Positions 1 through 10,877 of a stretch of 64,000 nucleotides of DNA are shown piece by piece; the stretch's first letter is position 1; each line of letters begins with the position of its first letter. Under the pieces are notes generated by a model. That model saw only the letters and a list, made by a program, of their open reading frames with translations, made no database searches and was not told where the DNA came from. A program made the translations under genes and the position numbers. The DNA is from Eledone cirrhosa (taxonomy: Eukaryota). The stretch lies in NCBI GenBank assembly GCA_964016885.1, contig OZ024742.1, forward strand, positions 348,750,001 through 348,814,000. Direction: 5' to 3'.

Positions 1-3000
1 GGTCTACTCAGGTGTAGATGGACAGTTAAGGTGTTCTACTGATGTGTGGTTGGTTAGTTAAGGTGTTCTACTCAGGTGTAGTTGAACAGTTAAGGTGTTC
101 TACTCAGCTGTGGTTGGACAGTTAAGGTGTTCTACTGATGTGTGGTTGGTTAGTTAAGGTGTTCTACTCAGGTGTAGTTGGACAGTTAAGGTGTTCTACT
201 CAGGTGTGGTTGGACAGTTAACGTGTTCTACTGATGTGTGTTTGGTTAGTTAAGGTGTTCTACTCAGGTGTAGTTGGACAGTTAAGGTATTCTACTCAGG
301 TGTGGTTGAACAGTTAAGGTGTTCTACTCAGGTGTGGTTGGACAGCTAAGGTGTTCTACTGATGTGTGGTTGGTTAGTTAAGGTGTTCTACTCAAGTGTA
401 GTTGGACATTTAAGGTGTTCTACTCAGGTGTAGTTGAACAGTTAATGTGTTCTATTCAGGTGTAGTTGAACAGTTAAGGTGTTCTATTCAGGTGTGGTTG
501 GTTAGTTAAGGTGGTCTACTTAGGTGTGGTTGGTTAGTTAAGGTGGTCTACGTAGGTGTAGATGGACAGTTAAGGTGTTCTACGCAGGTGTAGATGGACA
601 GTTAAGGTGTTCTACTCAGGTCTAGTTGGACAGTTAAGGTGTTCTATTCAGGTGTTGTTGAACAGTTAAGGTGTTCTACTCAGGTGTGGGTGGACAGCTA
701 CTGTGTTCTACTCAGGTGTAGTTGGACAGTTAAGGTGTTCTACTCAGGTGTGGTCGGACAGGTAAGGTGTTCTACTCAGGTGTAGATGGACAGTTAAGGT
801 GTTCTACTGATGTGTGGTTGGTTAGTTAATGTGTTCTACTCAGGTGTAGTTGGACATTTAAGGTGTTCTACTCAGGTGTAGTTGGACAGTTAAGGTGTTA
901 TCCTCAGGTGTCATTGGACAGTGAAGGTGTTCTACTGATGTGTGGTTGGTTAGTTAAGGTGTTCTATTCAGGTGTAGTTGGACAGTTAAGGTGTTCTACT
1001 CAGGTGTAGTTGGACGGTTAAGGTGTTCTACTCAGGTGTAGTTGGACAGTTAAGGTGTTCTACTCAGGTGTGATTGGACAGTTAAGGTATTCTACTGATG
1101 TGTGGTTGGTTAGTTAAGGTGTTCTACTCAGGTGTAGTTGGACATTTAAGGTGTTCTATTCAGGTGTAGTTGGACAGTTAAGGTGTTCTACTGATGTGTG
1201 TTTGAACAGTTAAGGTGTTCTAATCAGGTGTGGTTGGACAGTTAAGGTGTTCTACTCATGTGTAGTTGAACAGTTAAGGTGTTCTATTCAGGTGTAGTTG
1301 AACAGTTAAGGTGTTCTATTCAGGTGTGGTTGGTTAGTTAAGGTGGTCTATTCAGGTGTAGATGGACAGTTAAGGTGTTCTACTCAGGTGTGGTTGGTTA
1401 CTTAAGGTGGTCTACTCAGGTGTAGATGGACAGTTAAGGTGTTCTACTCAGGTGTGGTTGGTTAGTTAAGGTGGTCTACTCAGGTGTAGATGGACAGTTA
1501 AGGTGTTCTACTCAGGCGTGGTTGGACAGTTAAGGTATTCTACTCAGGTGTGGTTGGACAGTTAAGGTGTTCTATTCAGGTGTAGTTGGACAGTTAAGGT
1601 GTTCTATTCAGGTGTAGTTGGACAGTTAAGGTGTTCTACTCAGGTGTAGTTGGACAGTTAAGGTGTTCTACCGATGTGTGGTTGGTTAGTTAAGGTGTTC
1701 TACTCAGGTGTAGTTGGACAGTTAAGGTGTTCTACTCAGGTGTGGTTGGACAGGTAAGGTGTTATACTCAGCTGTGGTTGGACAGTTAAGGTGTTCTACT
1801 GATGTGTGGTTGGTTAGTTAAGGTGTTCTACTCAGGTGTGGTTGAACAATTAAGGTGTTCTACTCAGGTGTGGTTGGACAGTTAAGGTGTTCTACTCAGG
1901 TGTAGTTGGACAGTTAAGGTGTTCTACTCATGTGTGGTTGGACAGTTAAGGTGTTCTACTCAGGTGTAGTTGGACAGTTAAGGTGTTCTACTCAGGTGTG
2001 GTTGAACAGTTAAGGTGTTCTACTGATGCGTGGTTGGACAGTTAAGGTGTTCTACTCAGGTGTAGTTGAACAGTTAAGGTGTTCTACTCAGGTGTAGTTG
2101 GACAGTTAAGGTGTTCTATTCAGGTGTGGTTGAACAGTTAAGGTGTTCTACTGATGTGTGGATGGACAGTTAAGGTGTTCTACTTAGGTGTAGTTGGACA
2201 GTTAAGGTGTTCTACTCAGGTGTAGTTGGACAGTTAAGGTGTTCTACTCAGGTGTAGTTGGACAGTTAAGGTGTTCTACTTAGGTGTAGTTGGACAGTTA
2301 AGGTGTTCTACTCAGGTGTAGTTGGACAGTTAAGGTGTTCTACTCAGGTGTAGTTGGACAGTTAAGGTGTTCTACTTAGGTGTAGTTGGACAGTTAAGGT
2401 GTTCTACTCAGGTGTAGTTGGACAGTTAAGGTGTTCTACTCATGTGTGGTTGGACAGTTAAGGTGTTCTACTCAGGTGTAGTTGGACAGTTAAGGTGTTC
2501 TACTCAGGTGTGGTTGGACAGTTAAGGTGTTCTACTCAGGTGTAGTTGGACAGTTAAGGTCTTCTACTCAGGTGTAGTTGGACAGTTAAGGTGTTCTACT
2601 TAGGTGTAGTTGGACAGTTAAGGTGTTCTACTCAGGTGTAGTTGGACAGTTAAGGTGTTCTACTCAGGTGTAGTTGGACAGTTAAGGTGTTCTACTTAGG
2701 TGTAGTTGGACAGTTAAGGTGTTCTACTCAGGTGTAGTTGGACAGTTAAGGTGTTCTACTCAGGTGTAGTTGGACAGTTAAGGTGTTCTACTTAGGTGTA
2801 GTTGGACAGTTAAGGTGTTCTACTCAGGTGTAGTTGGACAGTTAAGGTGTTCTACTTAGGTGTGGTTGGACAGTTAAGGTGGTCTACTCAGGTGTGGTTG
2901 GTTAGTTAAGGTGTTCTACTCAAGTGTATTTGGACAGTTAAAGTGGTCTACTCAGGTGTGGTTGGACAGTTAAGGTGTTCTATTCAGGTGTAGTTGGACA

Positions 3001-3268
3001 GTTAAGGTGTTCTACTCAGGTGTAGTTGGACAGCTAAGGTGGTTTACTCAGGTGTGGTTGGACAGTTAAGGTGTTCTACTCAGGTGTGGTTGGAGAGTTA
3101 AAGTGGTTTACTCAGGTGTGGTTGGTTAGTTAAGGTATTCTACTCAGGTGTAGTTGGACAGCTAAGGTGGTTTACTCAGGTGTGGTTGGAGAGTTAAGGT
3201 GTTCTACTCAGGTGTGGTTGGAGAGTTAAAGTGGTTTACTCAGGTGTGATTGGACAGCTAAGGTGTTC
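1..3268. repeat. 32-bp tandem minisatellite/satellite, ~102 copies, consensus GGTGTAGTTGGACAGTTAAGGTGTTCTACTCA; truncated by the window start
   Basis: The unit reads directly from the sequence. GGTGT starts at 11 and 3243 differ by 3232 = 101 x 32. Visible variants are substitutions (tag/tgg, gaca/gtta, ctcagg/ctgatg/cttagg). Confidence 0.98.
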
Positions 3269-3325
3269 ACTTCACAACAATGTGGTTTTGGATGTTGATC
3301 CCACTCCATGGTACTTGGAAAAGCC
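3243..3325 (+). mobile_element. Degenerate 5' part of a tRNA-derived (CORE-like) SINE, contiguous with the last 32-bp monomer
   Basis: The sequence ctaaggtgttcacttcacaacaatgtggttttggatgttgatcccactccatggtacttggaaaag resembles, from memory, the octopus SINE head ggttaagaagtttgcttcccaaccacatggttccgggttcagtcccactgcgtggcaccttgggcaag. A related copy lies at ~6114-6185. Confidence 0.55.
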
Positions 3326-3421
3326 ACAGGGGAACCGGTCTGTCATCATATGAATTGTCTTGGATATATTTAATCTGGCACAGTCTATTTCTCTCCAGGA
3401 TGGAACATAGCCATGTTCTAC

Positions 3422-3593
<172 letters not shown>

Positions 3594-3597
3594 CACT

Positions 3598-3746
3598 GAA
3601 CTGGTACTTTATTTATCGACTCTGAAACGATTAAAAGTAATGTAGACCTCGACAGAATTTGAACTCAGCAGAAAGCCGTGAGCTGGCACAAGTACCAAGC
3701 CATTTTTAATTTGACCTCTTAATAACTCCACCATCAATTCGCCGCC
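3598..3746 (-). mobile_element. tRNA-derived SINE copy (Meta/MESC-like central domain), decayed
   Basis: ctggtactttatttatcgactctgaaacgattaaaagtaatgtagacctcgacagaatttgaactcag. The reverse strand has a B-box-like GAGTTCAAATT. The same motif recurs at ~6935-6997, ~7148-7207 and ~7850-7885. Confidence 0.75.
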
Positions 3747-3750
3747 TTAA

Positions 3751-3947
3751 CCCTTTAACGTTTACATTACTTTATGTACTATTGTATTTTTGCAGAATTA
3801 GCTTTATATTACATAATTATCTCACATGATATTAATACTTTTGATAACAATACCTTAACATTGGAATCAGTGGCCTGTTACAACCGATTTGAACATAAAG
3901 AGGTGAGAGAATTCTGGCCGGATATGGCTGGTTTAAATGCTAAAGTG
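3751..3947. mobile_element. piggyBac-like MITE (~200 bp) with TTAA TSD
   Basis: TTAA (3747-3750), then CCCTTTAACGTTT ... AAATGCTAAAGTG, then TTAA (3948-3951). TIRs are imperfect. An inverted sibling lies at 7561-7759. Confidence 0.75.
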
Positions 3948-4129
3948 TTAAGCAGAATATATATATGAAGGAAGATTATGCGTTTTATTTACTTATAGCA
4001 AAGTCCATTATTTTATTTCATCACCAATGGCAATCTTTAACTATAAAATTAATGAAAGCTTTAAAAGAAAACTGGACACTTTAAACATGATTTTCGTCTT
4101 GTAATGTAATAAGAGAGACAGAAGGAATA

Positions 4130-4986
4130 TTGTATTTCCTGGCGCCGAAGACACTTCGCCCCCGAAGACACACCCCAATTTTGTCAATCAAAAATTTGAA
4201 AAAAAAATAAAATAAAAATAAACATAAATATAAGTCTTGTTATTAATATTTGTTGGTAAACCGTTTTAACATAGCACAGTTTTACTTCTTTTGTCACTTA
4301 ATAATGTTCCCTTAAATCTGGTTATTTGAAGAAAGTGAAAATACCAATAATATTGATATACAACATTTCATATCACGTGACAGTGGCCTCGTCTACCAGA
4401 CTCTGTCAAATGAATTTTTATATACAGAGCATTTAAATAAATTTACAGTAGAATAACATAACAAATATTTTTTAAATATATACATAAATAACATTACAAA
4501 TGCTTAGATAACATTATAAATTGCTCGTGGTTCTTTCAGAAAGATATATTCCTTTAATGTTGCAATATTAAAGAAAATGTAAAGGAAGGGGTGAACAACC
4601 AAGCCAACACTAGAGCAAAAGACAGCAGCGAGGAGTACTGGGAAACCTCTCTAAATACCAGCAATATTGATACGCAACATTTAATAATATCACTCGTCTG
4701 AGCCCTCGTCTACCAGACTCTGTCTATGCAGGGATGAAGTTTTCTAATTCAGTATATATTTTTAATTTTTTAATGATTTTTGTTTATTTACTACTTTAAC
4801 TAAGTATAATTTATAGACTACATTGAGAGGTCATATACAGGAGTTCATATTACTGTCTAGCAGAGATATATTTTCTCTGGTGTTAGGATATGTCTATGAA
4901 AAACAACCTTCGGCCTCCAGGATGAATGGTAGATTTTTGAGACTTATTTTAGGAAAAAATAACGTCTTCGATGCCGGGAAATACGG
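4130..4986. mobile_element. Non-autonomous Tc1/mariner-superfamily (Tc2/Kanga-like) DNA transposon with TA TSD
   Basis: Left end TA|TTGTATTTCCTGGCGCCGAAGAC; right end reverse complement TA|CCGTATTTCCCGGCATCGAAGAC. GAAGACAC is repeated subterminally on the left. CCGTATTT termini are typical of Tc2-group elements. No transposase ORF. Confidence 0.75.
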
Positions 4987-5050
4987 TAAATAGTTTGATT
5001 TTGACTGTTTTTATAAATATATTACAATTTCTTTTTGTATAAAAAAAAGT

Positions 5051-5384
5051 TGTAGCGAAGATACTGGGTTGTATGAATGTAACAAGGAGACATGGTTTGT
5101 GTGTATAATATTTAATCAACAATTTAACAGTATAGTTGACATGTCAAAGAAATAGATGAAAGAATGAAGCAAAGTTAGTAGTTACCGTTTTGATTGCCAG
5201 GCAAACGCAGGCTGGCAGAAGACGCCTGGCTAAGGCCAGGCGCCGGAAGGGCAAATGAGAGGGAGAGAGCCGAAAGCTATTCGTTTTATAGGGCTCTGCC
5301 GGAAGTTACAGAAAGGGTTCTACTTCCCGTCTAGATGTTAATCTATTGGCGTTGTGAGTCACAACAAGGGAGGCTACTGCTACA
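5051..5384 (-). mobile_element. Solo LTR (334 bp), probably Gypsy-type
   Basis: TGTAGC...GCTACA inverted termini and a perfect 4-bp TSD AAGT (5047-5050 and 5385-5388). The minus strand has TATAAAA (5290-5284) followed by ATTAAA (5116-5111). Confidence 0.8.
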
Positions 5385-5464
5385 AAGTAAAAAGAAACAG
5401 AAAGAACAAGAAACGATAAACCTGCATCAACTACTTCTGGATGATAAAATGACAAGTCAGTCAA

Positions 5465-5600
5465 TCATATTGGTGGCCTCCCCACAGCCACGGTGGACAG
5501 AATGGAGAAGGCGTTTCCCCGGATGATGGCAAGGGAGACACGCTGGAAAAGCCATTCCAGCTGGCGAGGCTCACACCTGTGGCTGGTGAGTAGGGAAGTA
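5465..5600 (-). pseudogene. C-terminal fragment of a CRE-like (restriction-like endonuclease) non-LTR retrotransposon ORF
   Basis: The translation EPRQLEWLFQRVSLAIIRGNAFSILST matches the FQRLSxAIQRGNA-type C-terminal motif of CRE-clade elements. The rest of ORF 5465-5902 is low-complexity read-through. Confidence 0.65.
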
Positions 5601-5689
5601 AATAGTTGAGGAAGAGAAAGGAAGAATTTTTTTGATGTGAAATATTGAATGAGCGTGAAGGAAGATGTTGATATTTGAGATAGCGAGAG

Positions 5690-5875
5690 AATAAGAGAAT
5701 ATATAATTTGAGAGAAAGAATGAATAATGGAATAATGATGAAGGGGAGACAGAGAGAGAGAGGGAGGGGGAGAGAGACGTGATGAAAGAAGAGATGAGAG
5801 AGAGCGAGAAAGAGAGGCGGGGTGAAACGAGATATGAGAAGAGAGAGGGAGAAAGAGAGAGAGATAGAAAGAGGG
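5690..5875. repeat. Purine-rich degenerate (GA)n low-complexity tract
   Basis: Directly visible. Confidence 0.85.
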
Positions 5876-6040
5876 TGATCGTGAATATACTAATAATGAC
5901 AAGAAACGTAAACATAGACCATAGGGAAATAACCCAAATAAAAGAAAGAAAGAGTATTCTCCCTTGTAAATTCTCTTAAATTCAAAGAACGATAAAGAAC
6001 TAAACGGAAAGGAACACTATGCTGAACATTAATGTGTAAA

Positions 6041-6110
6041 CAGTATTTTTCGGTATATAAGACGCCGTACTGGTGTATATGACGCACCTTTATCCCGAGA
6101 AAAATGTTAA
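6041..6110 (+). mobile_element. Single-end fragment of a Tc2-like DNA transposon
   Basis: cagtatttttcggtatataagacgccgtactggtgtatatgacgcacc has the same GTATTT..GG....AAGAC terminus and doubled subterminal motif as 4130-4170. I found no partner TIR. Confidence 0.6.
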
Positions 6111-6113
6111 AAA

Positions 6114-6190
6114 GTGGTTAAAGAATTCGCTCCACAATCAAATAATCTTGGTGTACAGCATTTTTTGGGCAGGTGTACTTTCTACCACAC
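6114..6190 (+). mobile_element. Highly decayed CORE-like SINE head
   Basis: gtggttaaagaattcgctccacaatca...ttgggcaggtgtactttctac, similar to 3255-3325. Confidence 0.45.
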
Positions 6191-6224
6191 CAGCCAGTTT
6201 AACAACGCCTTGTTAGTGAACTCT

Positions 6225-6227
<3 letters not shown>

Positions 6228-6298
<71 letters not shown>

Positions 6299-6300
6299 TA
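6228..6300. repeat. (TA)n microsatellite
   Basis: Directly visible. Confidence 0.97.
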
Positions 6301-6368
6301 AGTGTGTAGCTGAAGAGTAAAAAAATAGATCATTGAATTCGTTTGTCGTTTGTGACCATTTCATGTTG

Positions 6369-6372
<4 letters not shown>

Positions 6373-6399
<27 letters not shown>
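6373..6399. repeat. (TG)n microsatellite
   Basis: Directly visible. Confidence 0.95.
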
Positions 6400-6400
<1 letters not shown>

Positions 6401-6634
6401 TAAAATAATACAAAACGAAAAGAGCTCTGTGGTTAGTAAAACCAAAGTTTAGGATGGTGGTTAGGATGGAACAAGAGGAGAAAAGAAGAAGCCCAAGGCT
6501 TTTTATTAATCAAAAGACCAGGAGAAAAAGGAGAGAGAAAGGAGAGAAAAAAGGAAAAAGAGGGAAAAGAGGAAGAACAGAGGGGGGAAAATGTGAGTTT
6601 ATGTCCCGGGACTTAATAGTCCGACTAAAAACAG

Positions 6635-6730
6635 ATCGATTAAATATCTGTCAAGTAATGGGGTAGATTTAATCGACTATATACTCCTCCTTAAAAAATT
6701 ACTGGCTTGTGTCTCAATTAGAAATGGTTA
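6635..6730 (+). mobile_element. SINE 3' tail fragment, opposite orientation to the 6863-7060 copy
   Basis: ggggtagatttaatcgact...aaaattactggcttgtgtc...agaaa is approximately the reverse complement of tttct...gcacaaggccagcaatttt...agtcgattaagtcgacc at 6865-6925. Confidence 0.6.
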
Positions 6731-6862
6731 TTATTAGCAGTTTATGTTTTATCCACTGTTGTATAACTTGCTGAACAACTATACTCGGTTTAGATTTACC
6801 ATATTGGTGAATTATAGGCTGGATGGAATGTTCCCGTGGTTGGGGGATGTGTTTTGAAATAA

Positions 6863-7062
6863 TGGTTTCTTATATAGGCACAAGGCCAGCAATTTTGGGG
6901 GAGAAGAAAGTCGATTAAGTCGACCGCAGTGCATTACTGGTACTTTATCCCGTAAGGATGAAAGGCAAAGTTAACCTCGGCGGGATTTGAACTCAGAATG
7001 GCCAGGGCCGTAACCCTATGCATCAAAGCATGGCGTCCGACCCTCTACCGATACTGCCAATC
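6863..7062 (-). mobile_element. Near-complete tRNA-derived SINE copy
   Basis: Tail, central ggtactttatcccgtaaggatgaaaggcaaagttaacctcggcgggatttgaactcag and head are all present. B-box-like GAGTTCAAATCCC on the minus strand. Confidence 0.8.
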
Positions 7063-7142
7063 CACCAATGTAGAATTTGAACGTGGAATGCAAAGAACCA
7101 TAACAGTACCGCAAAACAATTCCACCAATCTACTGTCATATA

Positions 7143-7275
7143 ATATTTTATTTATCGATTCTAAAAGAATAAAAGGCAAAGTTGATCTGGGTGGAATTTG
7201 AACTCAGATCACTGAGAAGGAGAAAGAATTATGCTAGGTATTCTGTCTGATGTTTTAACGATTCTGTTAATTCAT
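7143..7275 (-). mobile_element. SINE copy, decayed
   Basis: tttatcgattctaaaagaataaaaggcaaagttgatctgggtggaatttgaactcag. Confidence 0.7.
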
Positions 7276-7560
7276 TATCTCGATTTCTATTTGCATGCAA
7301 GGTCCCATAACTCCTGAGGCGGTCGTAGGAGCGCCGTAGTGACATATGTTGTTTCTATGCCATTTAAAACCTGGTGGAGCCCATCTCCCCAGGCCTCAAT
7401 ACAGCAGATTTCTTCCAGAGGACAGAAACTCAGAGAAAAGAGAATCAAAACATCACAAGACACTCAGCAGTCCCAATAACTCAGCCAATTCACTACCTGT
7501 GATTTCTATATACTTCCAGGTAAATAGATGTTATTAATTTCTTTCTGTGTGTTTATTTAA

Positions 7561-7759
7561 TCCCTTAGCATTTAAACCGTCCAATTCTCCCCCCTCTTTC
7601 TGTTCAAACCAACTATAACTGGCCACTCAAACTGACATTCTCAAAATAAATAACATCAAAATCTCGTAGATTTGATATTATGTGAGATAATTATGTAAGA
7701 AAAGCCTTTCCCCCCAAAATACAATAATATATATAGAGAGTAATGTAAATGCTAAAGGG
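7561..7759. mobile_element. piggyBac-like MITE with TTAA TSD, inverted relative to 3751-3947
   Basis: TTAA (7557-7560), then TCCCTTAGCATTTAAACC ... GTAATGTAAATGCTAAAGGG, then TTAA (7760-7763). Confidence 0.8.
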
Positions 7760-7767
7760 TTAATAAC

Positions 7768-7960
7768 AGTTTCTGATTTAGACACAAGGACAACAACTTT
7801 GGGGACGGGGAAAGTAGATTATATCCACCCCAGTCTATTACGACTTCCTAAGGAGGCAAAGCTAACCTCGGCGGGATTTGAACTAATAACGTAAAGGGAC
7901 ATAACTCTATGCCGCGAAGCAGTTTGTCTGATGCTCTACCGATTCTACTGCCAATTTACC
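7768..7960 (-). mobile_element. SINE copy, internally deleted
   Basis: Tail gacacaaggacaacaacttttgggg and core ggcaaagctaacctcggcgggatttgaact are shared with 6863-7062. Confidence 0.75.
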
Positions 7961-8226
7961 ACACTCATGCTTTCTCTAATAATGATTTCATTTATTGGCC
8001 ACAAGGGCCGACATATAGGAGACAATACAAAAGACTGGGACTGTGGGGTTTTACAGAAAATTCGAGTAAACAATATGAATAAAAATAACAAAGTAACAAG
8101 AAAAATACAAGAAAAATTCCCCAATAGGGGGGATGACCACCCAGGGTTCGCTCAGGTACCCCACCAATTCTGAACGACCCAACGCTTCGAGGACACCCTG
8201 GAAGGGCACCCCTGTCCTCCTCAAAT

Positions 8227-10845
8227 TTACTCCTCAAATATCTGGAGATGCCGCAGCCTCAGCGCATGTGGTCGCATCATTAGCCACGGCATGCCCAGCC
8301 CTCCACATAGAGGGTGCTGGCAGCAGATTGACCGCCACACCAACGGAACCTGACCCCTCCACAAGAATTTGAAGAGGAGCCGCTCCAAGATGGCGAGGCG
8401 CGAACGGGGGCAATGGACGACGGTCAGACGGTAGTAGATGACGGACGCGATGTACGCGTTCGCCACCTCCGCTCAACCTTTCAGTGATAGCTTCCTCGCA
8501 GCTCATTTCTGGGTGAGACTGGCTACCATGCTCGTCACTTCGTCCCAATTCTTATCCACCTGGGGGTCTGGCTCGAACCAAACCCCGAGCAACTTTACCG
8601 GCCCGTCTGTCCAGCGACCAACGACACTGTTGGTCGGCATGGAGTTGCCTCTCCAGGTGCCGAGTTGCAAGCCCACCGACTTTTCCGGGTTAAGTTTGGT
8701 TCCTGTCAACCTTACATATTCCTCCAATAAGTTGCCGACCACCTCGATTTCTGAGGTGTCCGACACCATCACGGTGATGTCGTCCGCATAAGCCGACACA
8801 GTCTTTCCACGTCCCGGTTCGAGATGGATGCCCTGCAACAGCTCCAGCTTCCACAGTAAAGGCTCGAGAGTCAATACGCACAGAAGGGAGGAGAGAGGGC
8901 ACCCTTGACAGACTGATCGGGAGATCTGAAACAGTTCCGAGAAGAGGTCATTAACTTTGACCACCGAGCAGATGCCGCTGTGCATTGCAGTGATCCAGCT
9001 TCTGAAGACTGGGCCGAAGCCAGCCGTCTTGAGGACAGCCTCCAGCTACCGATGGTCGACCCTATCGAATGCTTTCGATTGATCTAAATTGATCAGAGCC
9101 CCACCGAAGCCAGGTTTACACCCCACCCTCTCTATGATGTATAGCATCAGGTGGAGGTTGTCATGTATGAACCTGGTTGGGATTGCGCAAGTTTGCGCCT
9201 CCCCAACCAAATCCCCGACGACAAGCGCCAAGCTCTTCGCTAACACCTTGGCCAAAATCTTAAACTCTGTGTTGAGCAGAGTTATGGGTCTGAAGTTGTC
9301 TAATGTGTCCCTCTTGTTCTCGTCTTCCCTTATCAGCGTCACTACGCCCCGGCTCAGAGAACTGGGAATACTCCCGTTCTGCTGCCAGTTGCAGTAGAGC
9401 GCTTCGAAGAGATTGGAGAACAGGTCTGGCATATCTACGTAAAGCTCGTAGGGCAGACCATCCAAACCGGGTGACTTGCACCTCATGCAGCCGACAAGGC
9501 ATCCCGAATCTCGGCTGAAGTAATCGGCCTTTCGCAGCGCTCAGCGTCGGCCGTCGAGAGTTGCGGCAAGACATCGAGCTAGGGACTGAAGTTCGCCACT
9601 GTCTCTGACCCGCCACTTCCGCTGAACAACCGAGAAAAATGTTGGCGAAAGGCCTCACACATCCTCTTGGAATCGCTCAGCTCGTGTCCATCTCGGTCCT
9701 TCTAAGACCGAATCGTGGTTTTATTACCACGATGCGCCTCTGTCACGCGGGCCCATCGAACAGCTTTGGTTCCCTCGTTTCTCAGAGCACGCGCCTTAAC
9801 TCTGACAATGCAACCCTTGTGTTTCACATTGAAGAAATGATCTAATGCCATTCTCGCCGCTAGCACGTTAGTTGCAATGTCACTACCAATAGCCTCGTCT
9901 AACTTATCTACCAACTCCCCCTCCTTTCTATTTTTCTCTAACGCTACTTCGTTGCTAAACCCCATCGACATTACTCTAATCTCTCTTTTGAGAGCTCCCC
10001 ACCATCTATTGTTGAAGACTCCCCCTGTCAACTTTTTCTTAACTAAATTGTTGACCTGGTCCCTGTAAGCCTTACATGCCGGAAATGACATGTTCAGCTT
10101 CCAGTAACCAGGTCCTAACCTAGTCGTCTTATCTAGGTCGACTATACAGATCACAAACTTGTGATCTGTATAGGCAACCGTTTTAGAACGTGGACAGCTT
10201 ACACTATTTCTGTCTATTTTCCTAATGAATATCCTGTCTATATACGATCTAGATGACCCTATGCGGTTAGTCCAGGTCCACACTGGCGCATTAGGGAAAA
10301 CTAGTCGGTACCTGTCAGACAGTTGGAATTGGCTGATCAGGTTCTTGAGGCTTTTGCACCCCCCCCCCCCGCTCCTATCTGACGCTCCCACACAGTCCCA
10401 GCGTGCGTCTAAGATGCCGTTCCAGTCCCCCGCTAACAGTAAAGGGCGAGACGTACCCAGAAAGGCTTCCAGGCGTCTAAAGAAGTCCGGCCGTCCTGCC
10501 CCAGTAGGGGGCGTAGACGGCCACCAGTCTAAAGGCACCACTTTCGTTATTATTCACGTCCAGGACCACCAACTTACCGTTCGGATCCCGGAAGATCGAC
10601 TTTACCTCGAGATCCACGCCTTTCCTAAACAGCTGCCATCCCACCTCCCATTCCCGGCCGACTAACAGATGAAGAGGTTTGATAGTCGTCGAAAATGGGG
10701 GCTAGTGCGCGCGTGTCAGAAATCCTGGTCTTGCTGACGGCAATTATATCCATTTCTAGAGACCTTAGGTCGTTGAGGAGGTGACCCTGCATCCAGGATG
10801 ATCCCAGGCCTCGAACATTTAAATTTCTACTCTTAATACGGCCAT
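8227..10845 (-). pseudogene. Disrupted ORF2: AP-like endonuclease plus reverse transcriptase
   Basis: APE motifs NLNVRGL, LLAGDWNGILD, WTW..SYIDRIF, TDH, GYWKLN. RT motifs KSPGLDG, NFRPITLLN, LDQSKAFDRVDH, QGCPLS, YADD, KLNPEKS, LLGV. These are split over at least six ORF fragments. The probable start is GCCAAC-ATG-GCC at 10845 (MAVLRV, then a 1-nt frameshift). Confidence 0.92.
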
Positions 10846-10877
10846 GTTGGCAGGCTAAAAGAGAGAAAGAGAAAGGT

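Noticed and set aside
1-3268. Telomeric repeat (G/T-rich strand, occasional TTAGG)
   Set aside because: There are no tandem TTAGG or TTAGGG runs. TTAGG arises only from a single substitution in some 32-bp monomers.
5480-5592. Host exon ending at a plus-strand GTGAGT donor (~5587)
   Set aside because: There is no clear acceptor, and the segment is better explained by the minus-strand CRE-like motif.
6960-7062. tRNA genes at the B-box-like motifs
   Set aside because: No cloverleaf is evident, and the motifs are embedded in multi-copy SINE sequence.
8438-10665. Plus-strand ORFs antisense to the RT/endonuclease
   Set aside because: These are shadow ORFs of GC-rich LINE coding sequence with no recognisable motifs.
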